From assembly GCF_017348835.2 (NCBI RefSeq), contig NZ_CP071375.1: a DNA stretch of 64,000 bases; one strand, given 5' to 3'. Position numbers and translations under genes: made by a program. Of the stretch, positions 1 through 17,731 are shown one piece after another. This stretch comes from Escherichia coli (lineage in GTDB: Bacteria; Pseudomonadota; Gammaproteobacteria; Enterobacterales; Enterobacteriaceae). Numbering within the stretch: position 1 is the first letter of the stretch; each line of letters starts with the position of its first letter. Under the pieces are notes generated by a model. The model was given only the letters and a program-made list of their open reading frames with translations, was not told where the DNA came from and did not search any database.

Positions 1-880
1 TCGCCAACATTCCTGCCGCGCCGTCGTTGCCCATACCGGTCAGGATCACCCCAACCGCATTACGCCCCGCCTGTTTGGCGACAGAATGGAACAGCACATC
101 TACCGAAGGCCGATGACGGTTAACCGCCGGGCCATCGTGAATTTTGATTTGGTAATTTGCGCCACTACGCGCCAGCTCCATATGCCGATCGCCCGGCGCA
201 ATATAGGCATGCCCCGGCAAGACACGTTCTCCGTCTTCGGCTTCTTTAACCCCGATCTGGCAAAGCTTATTAAGTCTGTCGGCAAAAGAGCGGGTGAAAC
301 CGGGCGGCATATGCTGGGTAATTAACAGTGCCGGGCTGGAAAGCGGCAACGGTTGCAGTACGTGGCGAATTGCCTCAGTTCCACCCGTTGAAGCACCAAT
401 CGCAATCAGTTTTTCAGAACTCAACAACGGCCCCGCCTTCAGCGTTGTCGGTGCCGAAAATGGCTTATGTGCTGCAAGGCTCGCCTTTGCTGCCGTACGC
501 ACCTTTTCAGCAATCATTTCGCTATACGCCAGCATACCTTCGCGAATACCCAGTTGCGGTTTGGTGACAAAATCTATTGCCCCCAGCTCCAGCGCGCGCA
601 GCGTAACTTCTGACCCTTTGCCGGTCAGGGAAGAAACCATCACAACGGGCATTGGACGCAAACGCATTAATTTTTCGAGGAAATCCAGTCCGTCCATCCG
701 CGGCATTTCAACATCCAGCGTCAGCACATCGGGGTTGAATTTCTTAATCAAGTCACGCGCGACCAGCGGATCAGGCGCGGTCGCCACCATTTCCATGTCG
801 CTATGGCTGTTGATGATTTCTGTCATGATCTGGCGCATCAGTGCCGAATCATCGACAGATAACACCCTGATTTTGCTCAT
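1..880 (-). CDS. cheB: Chemotaxis methylesterase/response regulator CheB, 3' end cut by window edge (about 293 N-terminal codons present)
   Basis: Minus-strand ATG at 880..878 reads [12 protein letters not shown]...; the frame stays open to position 1 (...[61 protein letters not shown]). Absent from the ORF track because there is no stop inside the window. Confidence 0.93.
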   Translation of the reverse strand, partial: MSKIRVLSVDDSALMRQIMTEIINSHSDMEMVATAPDPLVARDLIKKFNPDVLTLDVEMPRMDGLDFLEKLMRLRPMPVVMVSSLTGKGSEVTLRALELGAIDFVTKPQLGIREGMLAYSEMIAEKVRTAAKASLAAHKPFSAPTTLKAGPLLSSEKLIAIGASTGGTEAIRHVLQPLPLSSPALLITQHMPPGFTRSFADRLNKLCQIGVKEAEDGERVLPGHAYIAPGDRHMELARSGANYQIKIHDGPAVNRHRPSVDVLFHSVAKQAGRNAVGVILTGMGNDGAAGMLA

Positions 881-882
881 CG

Positions 883-1743
883 TTAATCCTTACTTAGCGC
901 ATACACCGTCTGACCACGCAGCGTGAAGCGGCGCTCGAGGTGGCTAAAGTTTTCAGAGTGACCCGCAAACAGCAATCCGTCGGGTTTAAGGAGCGGAACA
1001 AAGCGGCGCAAAATCTCCTGCTGGGTAGTTTGATCGAAGTAGATCATGACGTTACGACAGAAGATCGCATCAAACGGCCCCGGCACGGTGTACTGTTTCG
1101 CCAGTAAATTCAGCGGGGCAAAATCAACATAATTCGCCAGCTCCTGACGCACGCGTACCAGCCCTTCATGCGGTCCCGTCCCTCGCATGAAATACCGTTG
1201 CAGTTGCTGCGGCGTCAGGTTTTTCAACTCTTCATGGCGATAAATACCGCTTCTGGCTTTTTCCAGCACTTCGGTGTCGATATCACTGGCAAACACTTTC
1301 CAGCGTCCGGGCGCGGTGCCCAATGTGTCAGCCAGCGTCATCGCAATGCTGTACGGCTCTTCGCCGGTCGAAGCCGCCGCGCTCCATACGCGATACTCAC
1401 CAGAACGGCGACGTGCATGATCCGCGAGCAGAGGGAAATGGTGTGCCTCACGGAAAAATGCCGTCAGATTCGTGGTCAGCGAATTGATAAACGCCTGCCA
1501 CTCACCACTGTGCTGATTAGATTCCAGCAAGTTCAGATAATGACCGAAATCCGTCAGTCCCAGCGAACGCAAACGACGAACCAGTCGGTTGTAAACCATG
1601 TCGCGTTTATGATCGGCCAGGACGATCCCGGCTCGTTGATAGATCAATTGACTTATCCGCCGAAAATGCGCGTCGGAAAGCGCCAGGCGCTCGGTCATCT
1701 GTAACAATAAAGACGTTTGCCCACAGGGCAGAGATGAAGTCAT
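883..1743 (-). CDS. cheR: Chemotaxis protein methyltransferase CheR
   Basis: 286-aa ORF; translation matches CheR along its length. Confidence 0.96.
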   Translation of the reverse strand: MTSSLPCGQTSLLLQMTERLALSDAHFRRISQLIYQRAGIVLADHKRDMVYNRLVRRLRSLGLTDFGHYLNLLESNQHSGEWQAFINSLTTNLTAFFREAHHFPLLADHARRRSGEYRVWSAAASTGEEPYSIAMTLADTLGTAPGRWKVFASDIDTEVLEKARSGIYRHEELKNLTPQQLQRYFMRGTGPHEGLVRVRQELANYVDFAPLNLLAKQYTVPGPFDAIFCRNVMIYFDQTTQQEILRRFVPLLKPDGLLFAGHSENFSHLERRFTLRGQTVYALSKD

Positions 1744-1761
1744 AGCGCCTTCTCAATCACT

Positions 1762-3363
1762 TCAGGATACCACTGGCGCAATTTGTAACTGCGCCGACTC
1801 ATGTCGTGCTACTTCATGTTCTTCAAGGGTAAATACCGCCACACGCGACGAAAGATGGTCGGCCTGATTCGCCAGTTGTTCCGTTGCCACCGCCGCTTCT
1901 TCTACCAGCGAGGCGTTCTGCTGAGTCACCTGATCCATCTGGCTGACAGCCTGTGCAACCTGCTCAATCCCCCGCCGTTGTTCTTCCGACGCCGAAGCAA
2001 TTTCTCCCATAATGTCGTTCACGCGGGTCACCGAACTGACAATATCGGTCATGGTCGCGGCGGCGTTATTCACCAGTTTCGAACCCTGCTGGACACGATT
2101 GACTGACTCTTCGATCAGCCCTTTGATCTCTTTTGCTGCCTGCGCGCTACGGCTGGCAAGATTGCGCACTTCACCTGCTACTACCGCAAAACCACGCCCC
2201 TGCTCTCCGGCGCGAGCCGCTTCCACTGCCGCATTCAGGGCCAGAATATTAGTCTGGAAAGCAATTCCGTCGATAACGCTGATAATGTCGCCAATTTTTT
2301 GCGAGCTGGTGGCGATCTCCTGCATGGTGTGAGTCATGGTACTGACCTGAACACCGCCCGCCTGCGCCGTTGTCGCGGCATTTTTTGCCAGTTCCGACGC
2401 CTGTCGTGCGTTATCGGCGTTTTGCCCTACCGTGGCGGTTAATTGCTCCATACTGGCGGCCGTTTGTGCCAGCGATGCCGCCTGCTGTTCGGTACGACTT
2501 GAGATATCGTTATTGCCTGCGACAATCTCCGCGATCCCAATGTGCATCTCATGGCGTCCCTTACGCACATCACTCACCGTCCCACGCAAAGCCTGCTGCA
2601 TGGTCTTCAGGCTGGCAAAAATGGCGGTGATCTCATTACGACCATATACCGCAATCGGACGCGCCAGATTACCCGCAGCAATGCTGTCAAAATGGCTACC
2701 GATAATGGCCAGTGGTTGAACAATCATCTTGCGCGTCCACCACAGCGCACTGCTGATGTAGATCGCCGCAACAATAATCATGCTGATAAACACCAGCGCC
2801 GAAATCTGATAGTTACGCTGGCTTTGCGCACTGGCGGCTTCCAGCACATGGTTGATCTCCAGCTGCCAGGCCTCAAAGTTAACGTCAAACGCATTCTGTG
2901 ATCCCTGCACCGGCGCAGTGAGGAAATCCGAAAGTTGATTACTTTCAAGCCAGGTCGCCTGATGTTCGAGATCGTTGTGCCAGCGGGCAAAACTTTTCTC
3001 CGTCTCTTTTTGCAATGCCCTGACGTGCTCGTTGCCCGCAGTCATCGCCATAAAACTTTTAAACAGCGTGGTGGATTGCGTCAGACTGGCGCGCGCCGTC
3101 GTCATCAACGTTTTAATGTCATCCGCCGGATAGCTAAGCGCTGTCAGAGTGCCTGCTTTGTTCAGCGCGGTACTGGCCTGTAACATTACCGCCCGAGTTT
3201 GCGCTAATGCCGCACGTTGCTGATTGCTCTGCTCGACCTGATTCAGTCGTTGCAAATCGTCGCGAAATGCCCAATAAGACATGCCGTTACTGCCAATCTG
3301 CAAGATCCCGCAGAGAATCAAAATTAAAAACAGCGTGGTCGAAATTCGAATACGATTAAACAT
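1762..3363 (-). CDS. tap: Methyl-accepting chemotaxis protein IV (dipeptide/pyrimidine sensor) Tap
   Basis: ORF track 1762..3366 (534 aa); known Tap begins MFNRIRISTTL at the second Met; conserved MCP signalling domain. Confidence 0.95.
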   Translation of the reverse strand: MFNRIRISTTLFLILILCGILQIGSNGMSYWAFRDDLQRLNQVEQSNQQRAALAQTRAVMLQASTALNKAGTLTALSYPADDIKTLMTTARASLTQSTTLFKSFMAMTAGNEHVRALQKETEKSFARWHNDLEHQATWLESNQLSDFLTAPVQGSQNAFDVNFEAWQLEINHVLEAASAQSQRNYQISALVFISMIIVAAIYISSALWWTRKMIVQPLAIIGSHFDSIAAGNLARPIAVYGRNEITAIFASLKTMQQALRGTVSDVRKGRHEMHIGIAEIVAGNNDISSRTEQQAASLAQTAASMEQLTATVGQNADNARQASELAKNAATTAQAGGVQVSTMTHTMQEIATSSQKIGDIISVIDGIAFQTNILALNAAVEAARAGEQGRGFAVVAGEVRNLASRSAQAAKEIKGLIEESVNRVQQGSKLVNNAAATMTDIVSSVTRVNDIMGEIASASEEQRRGIEQVAQAVSQMDQVTQQNASLVEEAAVATEQLANQADHLSSRVAVFTLEEHEVARHESAQLQIAPVVS

Positions 3364-3408
3364 CAACGCTCCCCATCAGGCGGCAATGACCGCGTTAGTA
3401 AATACTCG

Positions 3409-5070
3409 TCAAAATGTTTCCCAGTTTGGATCTTGTTCAGCAATTCGCAGTCGTGGCTGTGCCGGTGGTTGCTCACTGGCAGGACGGGATGGTGTTTGCG
3501 GTTTATTGGTGAGTGGGCTGGCTGCCAGACGAAACGTGGAAACCGCTTGCGTTAAACGACTAGCCTGTTCTTCCAGCGCAGCTGCGGCGGCAGCTGATTC
3601 CTGCACCAGCGATGCGTTCTGTTGCGTGACGCGATCCATTTCCGAAACCGCCAATGCGACTTGATCGATGCCACGGCTCTGTTCATCCGATGCCGATGCA
3701 ATCTCGCCCATAATGTCAGTCACGCGAGTGACAGCATTGACGATATTGTTCATTGTTTCCCCGGCGCTTTCGACCAGCACCGAACCGGTATCAACGCGCG
3801 AGACGGAGTCTTCAATGAGGGCTTTGATCTCTTTTGCCGCCTGGGCGCTACGACTGGCAAGATTGCGCACTTCGCCCGCCACCACGGCAAAACCACGGCC
3901 CTGTTCACCCGCACGCGCGGCTTCAACCGCGGCATTCAGCGCGAGGATATTAGTCTGGAAGGCAATACCGTCGATAACGCTGATAATGTCGGCAATTTTC
4001 TTCGAACTATCGGCGATCTCATGCATCGTTTTCACTACGCCATCCACCACTTTGCCGCCGTGCTGGGCGGTGTCGGAGGCACTTTGCGCCAGTTGCGAGG
4101 CCTGGCGGGCGTTATCGGCGTTTTGCTTCACTGTCGCGGTGAGCTGCTCCATGCTGGCGGCAGTTTCTTCCAGCGCGGATGCCTGCTGTTCAGTACGGGA
4201 GGAAAGATCGGTGTTGCCCGCCGCAATTTCACGGGTACCGGCATAGATGGCATCTGAACCTTCGCGGACATGAGTGACGGTGTCAGTCAAAGAGCGTTGC
4301 ATATGTGAAACGCTCTGCGCCAGGTCGCCCATTTCACTGCGCCCGTCAATGGTCAGGGTATTCGCCAGGTTACCACCGGCGATTTCGCGAATGTGAGCAA
4401 TAATTTTTGCCAGCGGTGTAAGCAACATACGGCGAATGCCGTACCACGCCACCAGCAGAATCAATACCACCACCAGCGCGATAACCGCCAGTTGCCACTG
4501 GGCAAATCGGTAATCATCTGCGTTGTCAGTGACGATATTGCGATACAGTTTTTCACTGCTGAGGGCGTACTGAGCAAACGCTTCGCCCATTGCATTTTGC
4601 ATTCCCTGGGTTGGCTGAGCGAAATAAGCTCCAGTATTGCCATAATCAAGATAATCAATCAGTTCAGTTAACGCTGTGTAATAGTTTTTATATTTTTCAT
4701 CAATATTACGACTGGTAGCGACCATTTCAGGTAACGGTGCCATGCTTTTGAATTTTTTATAATGAGTCGCGGCCTGGGCCAATGTTTTCCTGGCGCTATC
4801 GAGCAATTCAACTTTGGCGTTACTTTGTTGATTGGAGGAATCCATCATCATCCGCACCGCTGAACGACTCAGGTTAATGCGCGTTTGCAGCATTAAATCC
4901 CAGGTTGACGTCAGCTCGCCCTGCTGTTCCCGTAATTGATTGGAAACCACAAAGCTCTTCTGGCTATGGTGAAGGGAAGAAAAAAACAGACTGCCGGAAA
5001 TAAGCTGTAACAGTGCGAATACCCCCAGCACCATTACCAACAGCGTGACTACGCGGATACGGTTAATCAT
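3409..5070 (-). CDS. tar: Methyl-accepting chemotaxis protein II (aspartate/maltose sensor) Tar
   Basis: ORF track 3409..5091 is 5'-extended; known Tar starts [13 protein letters not shown] (553 aa) and ends with the NWETF pentapeptide. Confidence 0.95.
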   Translation of the reverse strand: MINRIRVVTLLVMVLGVFALLQLISGSLFFSSLHHSQKSFVVSNQLREQQGELTSTWDLMLQTRINLSRSAVRMMMDSSNQQSNAKVELLDSARKTLAQAATHYKKFKSMAPLPEMVATSRNIDEKYKNYYTALTELIDYLDYGNTGAYFAQPTQGMQNAMGEAFAQYALSSEKLYRNIVTDNADDYRFAQWQLAVIALVVVLILLVAWYGIRRMLLTPLAKIIAHIREIAGGNLANTLTIDGRSEMGDLAQSVSHMQRSLTDTVTHVREGSDAIYAGTREIAAGNTDLSSRTEQQASALEETAASMEQLTATVKQNADNARQASQLAQSASDTAQHGGKVVDGVVKTMHEIADSSKKIADIISVIDGIAFQTNILALNAAVEAARAGEQGRGFAVVAGEVRNLASRSAQAAKEIKALIEDSVSRVDTGSVLVESAGETMNNIVNAVTRVTDIMGEIASASDEQSRGIDQVALAVSEMDRVTQQNASLVQESAAAAAALEEQASRLTQAVSTFRLAASPLTNKPQTPSRPASEQPPAQPRLRIAEQDPNWETF

Positions 5071-5101
5071 AAGGCACCTTCCTGAAAACAAGTTGATCTC
5101 G

Positions 5102-5128
5102 TTATCGGCAAGAAGGGGGGAAACTTTA
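5102..5128 (-). promoter_or_regulatory. FliA (sigma-28) class III promoter of tar-tap-cheRBYZ
   Basis: Minus strand reads TAAAGTTT-N11-GCCGATAA, an exact match to the sigma-28 consensus, about 30 bp upstream of the tar start. Confidence 0.85.
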
Positions 5129-5155
5129 TTGCTGATGCCACCCGCCGCGAAATTG

Positions 5156-5186
5156 AAATAAAAAACCCGATGCGCAGATCATCGGG
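5156..5186 (-). terminator. Rho-independent terminator after cheW (end of the motAB-cheAW operon)
   Basis: GC-rich inverted repeat cccgatg...catcggg followed on the minus strand by a T-run. Confidence 0.7.
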
Positions 5187-5214
5187 TTCATTTCAATTGA
5201 GGAAATCGGGAGAA

Positions 5215-5718
5215 TTACGCCACTTCTGACGCCGCGCTATCTAACAGCGCCATCTCTTCGCTGTTCAGCAGTTTTTCGATGTTCACCAGAATCAACATAC
5301 GGTCGCCCAGTGCGCCCAGTCCAGTGAGATATTCTGTTGAAAGCGTCACGGCAAACTCTGGTGCCGGACGAATTTGCTCCGCCGTCAATGAAAGCACGTC
5401 TGAAACGCCGTCAACCACGATGCCGACCACCCGCTGTCCGAGATTCAGGACGATAACTACCGTGTTGTCGTTATAGTCCACATCCACCTGGCTGAACTTA
5501 ATTCGTAAGTCAACAATCGGCACAATAACGCCGCGCAGATTCGTGACGCCTTTGATAAACGCTGGCGTGTTCGCAATCCGTGTTACCTGATCGTAGCCAC
5601 GGATCTCCTGCACTTTCAGGATATCAATACCGTACTCTTCATCACCAAGGGTAAATACCAGAAATTCCTGGCCTGACGGCTCGCTGGCCAGCTTTGTTAC
5701 ATTCGTCATACCGGTCAT
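5215..5718 (-). CDS. cheW: Chemotaxis coupling protein CheW
   Basis: 167-aa ORF matching CheW. Confidence 0.96.
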
Positions 5719-5738
5719 ATTGTTACCTTTTTACTCAT

Positions 5739-8630
<2,892 letters not shown>

Positions 8631-8634
<4 letters not shown>

Positions 8635-9518
8635 GCTTCCTCGGTTGTCGTCTGTTGTTGCGGATTTTTCACCGCACGCACATGCTCTTCCAGTTCAATA
8701 AACGACGGACGTTCGCTGGAATAGAGCGTTTTGCGACCAAACTCAACGGCGATAGGCGGTGCGTAACCGTTCAGATTAGAAAGCAGTGTGACTTTGACGC
8801 ACTGCATCATTTTGCTGGTTTCGGCGCTTTTCTGACGTAAAACACTCGCTAATGGGGAAATAAATCCGTAAGCCAATAAAATGCCGAGGAAAGTCCCCAC
8901 CATCGCATGTGCGATAAGCGCCCCCAGCTCGGCGGCAGGACGATCGGCTGAACCTAACGCGTGAACGACCCCCATTACAGCCGCGACAATACCAAACGCC
9001 GGAAGTGAGTCCCCGACCAGCGCCAGACTGTTCGCCGGGACTTCTGCCTCGCTTTCGTGCGTCTCAATCTCTTCATCCATCAGGGCTTCGATTTCGAAGG
9101 TGTTCATGTGACCGCTGATAATCAGGCGCAGATAATCGACGATAAAATCAAGCATGACGCTATCCGCGATGATGCGTGGGTAGCTGGCGAAGATCTCGCT
9201 CTCACGGGGATTTTCAATATCACGTTCCAGCGAAAACATCCCCATCTGCCGCGATTTCGCCATCAACCGATAAAGCAGAGCCAGCAGATCCATATACATT
9301 GCTTTGGTGTATTTGGAGCGACGAAACAGCAACGGCAGCGCTTTCAGCGTGCCTTTAATCGCTTTTCCATTATTGCCGACAATAAACGACCCAATCCCTG
9401 CACCGGCAATAATCACCAGTTCAGCGGGTTGATAGAGTGCTCCAAGGCTTCCACCGGTCATCAAATAACCGCCGAAAACTGTACCGAGAACAACCAGGTA
9501 ACCTAATAAGATAAGCAC
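8631..9518 (-). CDS. motA: Flagellar motor stator protein MotA
   Basis: 295-aa ORF matching MotA. Confidence 0.96.
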
Positions 9519-9586
9519 GACATCATCCTTCCACTGTTGACCATGACAGGATGTTCAGTCGTCAGGCGTTAACGCGCGATTGGGGC

Positions 9587-9619
9587 AAAAAAAAGCAGCG
9601 GTACGTCGTTACCGCTGCT
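9587..9619 (-). terminator. Rho-independent terminator downstream of flhC
   Basis: Inverted repeat gcagcggtacgtcgttaccgctgc followed on the minus strand by an 8-nt T-run. Confidence 0.75.
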
Positions 9620-9644
9620 GGAATGTTGCGCCACACCGTATCAG

Positions 9645-10223
9645 TTAAACAGCCTGTACTCTCTGTTCATCCAGCAGTTGTGGGATAATATCGGCAGGAT
9701 TCTGGGAAAGTTTACGTCTTTTTACTGCCCGGGATGGCGGTTGACATAAGCTGCAGGCAAAGCTGCCAACAGGCTGGTGAGCGTGGGTAATAAAATTGCC
9801 GCCGCAGCAGTTGCAGCTGGAAAGTTGCAGTAATCCACTTTCAACAAACCGCACCAATGTCCAGGCACGGGTTAATGCCAGCAGCGGTCCTTCTTCTGCT
9901 TGCGGGCACTGTTCAAGGTATAAACGGTAGGCTTTGATCACCGCATCGACGCCATTACACAAACCGGTTTTCAGTAAAAACTGCCATGCATTACAGAACA
10001 TCGAAGCATGAACGTTTTGTTCCCAAGTCATAAACCAGTCGGTTGAGAATGGCAGCATGCCTTTCGGCGGTGGGCTTCCGCGCAGTTCTTTATAAAGTTT
10101 TATCAGGCGTCCGCGACTTAACTGTGTTTCGCTTTCCAGCATCTGCAAACGAGCGCCCAGGGTGATCAATTCCATTGCCAGCTGAATATCCCGCGCTTCC
10201 TGAACAATGCTTTTTTCACTCAT
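9645..10223 (-). CDS. flhC: Flagellar master regulator subunit FlhC
   Basis: 192-aa ORF matching FlhC, including the Cys-rich zinc site. Confidence 0.96.
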
Positions 10224-10225
10224 GA

Positions 10226-10576
10226 TCAGGCCCTTTTCTTGCGCAGCGCTTCTTCAGGCTGATTAACATCATTCAGCAAGCGTGTTGAGAGCATGATGCC
10301 GGTATGAATTTGCTGGAGATCGTCAACGCGGGAATCTTGCGTCAACTGAGTAATCGTCTGGTGGCTGTCAAAACGGAAGTGACAAACCAGCTGATTGGTT
10401 TCTGCCAGCTTAACCATTTGCGGAAGAGTCAGTGCCGCTAATGTTGTCGCCATTTCTTCATTTATGCCGAGACGAAACATAGCGGACGCTTTGTCCTGAA
10501 CAATCAGACGCTGTGCAAGTAGTAAATATGACAAGTTGATGTCATAAATGTGTTTCAGCAACTCGGAGGTATGCAT
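10226..10576 (-). CDS. flhD: Flagellar master regulator subunit FlhD
   Basis: ORF track 10226..10585 (119 aa, [10 protein letters not shown]...); the 116-aa form starts at [12 protein letters not shown]. Either start is possible. Confidence 0.93.
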
Positions 10577-11355
10577 TATTCCCACCCAGAATAACCAACT
10601 TTATTTTTATGCGGTTTCACCGCACCCCGTGATGTCGCCGGGAAGCCCCGGTAAAAAATAATTAGCATTAGAATAGTTGCGATAAGCTGCAATAAGCAGA
10701 GCCACCTTTTTGGTTTAATAAGTCCTTACAAATAGAAGGGGGTCTTTACACTTATCTAAGATTTTTCCTAAATCGACGCAACTGTACTCGTCACTACACG
10801 CACATACAACGGAGGGGGGCTGCGATTTTCAATAATGTGTGATGCAGATCACACAAAACACTCAATTACTTAACATAAATGTATAAGTCATACTTTTGTT
10901 TTGGGTGTATTTCAATCTGTTAAAAAGTTTTTCGCTACGCTAGCAAGCAAAAATGAAACAGGAATAATCGAAATGGGATGTTGCGCACAGTTAAAATAAC
11001 TCACCGTAAATAATCATCTGCTATAAATAATCACTTTCATGCAATACCAGATAAGCTATTTTTAAACAGACACTTACCGCACAACAAACTAATTAAATAC
11101 AAAGAAAGGCAACAATCAACTTAATGTTAATAAAATGTTTTGCATATATTAACCACTTGTTTAATGCGGGGAATCAGTACATTATTTTCTTATAATTACA
11201 GTTGAAATCATATGATTACCGAGAGTGATTGATTAATTGTCTTTACTAATAATCAGACTAATATTTACCTGTTTGACTGAGTTGGGATTGCGTCGTTTCT
11301 CCATTAGGAGTAAAGCTTTAATGTCACCTGAAGTTCACAGAATAAGGAACAGGTT
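10577..11355. promoter_or_regulatory. flhDC promoter and long AT-rich upstream regulatory region, divergent from uspC; no insertion sequence
   Basis: About 770 bp of AT-rich non-coding DNA between the flhD and uspC starts; no transposase ORF and no IS terminal repeats recognised. Confidence 0.75.
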
Positions 11356-11784
11356 ATGAGCTATAGCAATATTCTTGTCGCTGTTGCGGTTACACCGGAA
11401 AGTCAGCAACTGCTGGCAAAAGCGGTATCTATCGCCAGGCCAGTAAAGGGACACATCAGTTTAATTACTCTCGCTTCCGACCCGGAAATGTACAATCAAT
11501 TAGCTGCGCCGATGCTTGAAGATTTACGCAGCGTGATGCAGGAAGAAACGCAAAGCTTTCTTGATAAGTTAATTCAGGATGCGGGGTATCCCGTTGACAA
11601 GACGTTTATTGCCTACGGTGAGTTAAGCGAACATATTCTGGAAGTTTGTCGCAAATATCATTTCGATTTGGTGATTTGCGGTAATCACAATCACAGTTTC
11701 TTTTCGCGAGCATCCTGCTCGGCGAAAAGAGTGATTGCCTCTAGTGAGGTCGATGTGCTGTTAGTTCCACTTACGGGAGATTAA
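11356..11784 (+). CDS. uspC: Universal stress protein C
   Basis: 142-aa ORF matching UspC (YecG). Confidence 0.93.
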   Translation: MSYSNILVAVAVTPESQQLLAKAVSIARPVKGHISLITLASDPEMYNQLAAPMLEDLRSVMQEETQSFLDKLIQDAGYPVDKTFIAYGELSEHILEVCRKYHFDLVICGNHNHSFFSRASCSAKRVIASSEVDVLLVPLTGD

Positions 11785-11790
11785 CCGCTC

Positions 11791-15143
<3,353 letters not shown>

Positions 15144-15157
15144 CATACTCTCCTTAC

Positions 15158-16672
15158 TCAGGCAACAGCCTGGCTGACTTTAGGCATCGCAAGGCTCAGT
15201 GCCTGACGCTCATCTGCCTGCTCGTGTAACAATTCACCGGCGATTTCACCTTCCCGCATCACCACAATCCGGTCGGCAACGCCGAGGACTTCAGGTAAGT
15301 CGCTGGAGGCAAACAGCACCGCCACGCCCTGCGCCGCCAGCGCATAAATTACGTTATATATTTCGTGCTTAGCGCCAACATCAATGCCGCGCGTAGGTTC
15401 ATCCAGCAAAATGACCTTCATCTCTTCCGATAACCAGCGGCCCAGAATGGCTTTTTGCTGATTTCCGCCTGAGAGATTCATGATCAGTTGCTCAGCGCCC
15501 GGCGTTTTGATGTTGAGCGAACGAATGTGCTGATCGGCATTGTTTTCTTCCCAACCGTTGTTGATTACACAACCGCCGAGCACATGTTTACGTCTGGCAC
15601 TGATGTTGATATTGTCGCGAACGGAGTGCACGGGAATAATGCCTTCCGCTTTGCGATCTTCCGGGCAGAGCATCATGCCTGCGGCAATGGCGTGGCTCGG
15701 TTTACGAATATCGATCGGCTGTTGGTCGATATAAACCTGACCGGCGGTGATTTGCGTCCCGCCAAACATGCCTTTCATTAATTCGCTACGCCCCGCCCCT
15801 ACCAGACCAAACAGCCCAACAATTTCACCACTGCGAACCGCCAGACTTATTGGCGTACGCACGCCTGGTGCTTTCACAGCATCAAGACGCAGGCGCTCCT
15901 CGCCATAACTACGCGGTTGCCAGCCGTAGATATCGCCAATGTCGCGCCCGACCATCGCCTGCACCAGCGCGTCGTGGTCAACCTGCTGCATATCGGTAAA
16001 GGTTTTGACATAACGTCCATCTTTAAAGACAGTGATGGCATCGCTGAGGGCAAATATTTCTTCCATACGGTGAGAAACGTATAAGATCACCCGCCCCTCT
16101 TTTCGCAGTTCACGAATAACGCGGAAAAGATTGTCGATTTCGCGGGCAGAAAGGGAGCTGGTTGGCTCATCAAAGGCGATAATTTTAGCGTTACGCGCCA
16201 GCGCTTTGGCGATTTCAACCATCTGCCACTGACCAATGGAGAGATATTTCAGCGGCGTGTCCGGGTCAATATCCATACCAAGATGTTTAAGTTGTAAACC
16301 CGCCTCATAATTCAGCAATGAGCGATTCACAATGCCGCCTTTATGCGGCAGCTGGCCGAGATAGATGTTTTCCGCGACGGTCATTTCCGGCACGAGATGC
16401 AGTTCCTGGTAAATAATCGCCACACCCGCGTTAAGTGCTGCGGTCGTGTCGGAAAAGGACATTTCCTGCCCATTAATCACTACAGAACCCGTGGTTGGCG
16501 CATAGTTGCCGCTGAGGATTTTTAAGAGAGTTGATTTTCCTGCGCCATTTTCACCCATCAACGCATGAACCTGACCGGCATAGCAGTCAAAACTAATATC
16601 CGTCAGCGCCTTAACGCCGGGAAACGTTTTACCGATGCCGCGAAATGAGAGATACGGGGTAGACTGTTGCAT
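15158..16672 (-). CDS. araG: L-arabinose ABC transporter ATP-binding protein AraG
   Basis: ORF track 15158..16717 is extended; known start [15 protein letters not shown]; two Walker A motifs (duplicated ABC domain). Confidence 0.95.
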   Translation of the reverse strand: MQQSTPYLSFRGIGKTFPGVKALTDISFDCYAGQVHALMGENGAGKSTLLKILSGNYAPTTGSVVINGQEMSFSDTTAALNAGVAIIYQELHLVPEMTVAENIYLGQLPHKGGIVNRSLLNYEAGLQLKHLGMDIDPDTPLKYLSIGQWQMVEIAKALARNAKIIAFDEPTSSLSAREIDNLFRVIRELRKEGRVILYVSHRMEEIFALSDAITVFKDGRYVKTFTDMQQVDHDALVQAMVGRDIGDIYGWQPRSYGEERLRLDAVKAPGVRTPISLAVRSGEIVGLFGLVGAGRSELMKGMFGGTQITAGQVYIDQQPIDIRKPSHAIAAGMMLCPEDRKAEGIIPVHSVRDNINISARRKHVLGGCVINNGWEENNADQHIRSLNIKTPGAEQLIMNLSGGNQQKAILGRWLSEEMKVILLDEPTRGIDVGAKHEIYNVIYALAAQGVAVLFASSDLPEVLGVADRIVVMREGEIAGELLHEQADERQALSLAMPKVSQAVA

Positions 16673-16741
16673 AACGTCTCCGTGAATCACTGGTCGTTCA
16701 CACCCCCTCTGCATCATGCAGAGGGGAATTTTTCCGGCAAA

Positions 16742-17731
16742 TTACTTACCGCCTAAACCTTTTTTCTCCAGTTCTTCTTTAAAGTTGTCACGCGTGATCA
16801 GCACCACGTCGGTAACTTCGGTGAATTTGGTCGGTTCAACACCTTTTGCTACCCAGTTGTAAAGCATTTCGCTGGACTTATAACCATGTACGTCCGGGCT
16901 TGGCAACAGGGAACCGTAGAAGCCGGTTGCCTGTGCCTTAGACAGTTCGCTTACGGCATCCACACCGTTAATACCGATACCGATGATATCGGCCGCTTTA
17001 AAGCCCTGACCTTCCGTCGCGCGTACGCCGCCCAGCACGGTGCTGTCGTTCATACCGACGATCAGCCAATGTTTAACTTCCGGATGTTGAACCAGCATTG
17101 AGTTGGCAGCGTCAAATGCCCCGGGGATGTCGTTAGATTTGGTAGGTACCTGATAAATTTGTTTTTCCGGGAATCCTGCAGCTTTCAGCGCATCCATAGA
17201 ACCCGTAGTACGGCGACGAGCCGTATCCAGTTCGTTGGAGGTAATCGCCATCACCGCGCTTTCTTTGACATCCCAGCCACGTTTCTGCATCTCTTTATAC
17301 AGTTCCTGGCCCTGACGTTCGCCAATTTTGGTCGCCGCCATCATCACCAGAGGAACGGTATCCATTGGCTTACCTTTGGCGTTAACAAACTGGTCATCCA
17401 CGGCAATGACTTTCATATCGTAGCCACGCGCTTTCGCGACGATGGCAGAGCCGAGTTTCGGGTCCGGAGTACAAATAACGAAACCTTTTGCGCCACTGGC
17501 GGCCAGGCTATCGATCGCGTTCAATGTTTTTTCGCCATCCGGCACGGCAATCTTAATAACCTCAAACCCTAAATCCTTCCCGGCTTTATCGGCAAACTTC
17601 CATTCGGTCTGGAACCACGGCTCTTCCGGTTGCTTCACCAGGAAACCGAGCTTCAGGTTCTCCGCCATAGCGGATTGTGACATAACGGCTGCCAGACCAA
17701 TGGCTGCCAGGGCTTTAGTAAATTTGTGCAT
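16742..17731 (-). CDS. araF: L-arabinose-binding periplasmic protein AraF
   Basis: ORF track 16742..17782 is extended; known start MHKFTKALAAIGLAAVMSQSAMA (signal peptide). Confidence 0.95.
   Translation of the reverse strand: MHKFTKALAAIGLAAVMSQSAMAENLKLGFLVKQPEEPWFQTEWKFADKAGKDLGFEVIKIAVPDGEKTLNAIDSLAASGAKGFVICTPDPKLGSAIVAKARGYDMKVIAVDDQFVNAKGKPMDTVPLVMMAATKIGERQGQELYKEMQKRGWDVKESAVMAITSNELDTARRRTTGSMDALKAAGFPEKQIYQVPTKSNDIPGAFDAANSMLVQHPEVKHWLIVGMNDSTVLGGVRATEGQGFKAADIIGIGINGVDAVSELSKAQATGFYGSLLPSPDVHGYKSSEMLYNWVAKGVEPTKFTEVTDVVLITRDNFKEELEKKGLGGK

Noticed and set aside
294-926. 210-aa plus-strand ORF (and 86..325, 328..567)
   Set aside because: Antisense or overlapping within cheB, whose minus-strand translation matches CheB exactly.
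3622-4257. 211-aa and 192-aa plus-strand ORFs (3622..4257, 3668..4246); similar ones in tap at 2012..2901
   Set aside because: Antisense to the tar/tap signalling-domain regions; no independent support.
10586-11355. Possible insertion sequence upstream of flhD
   Set aside because: Looked for IS1/IS5-type transposase coding sequence and terminal repeats; none present, the interval is plain AT-rich regulatory DNA.
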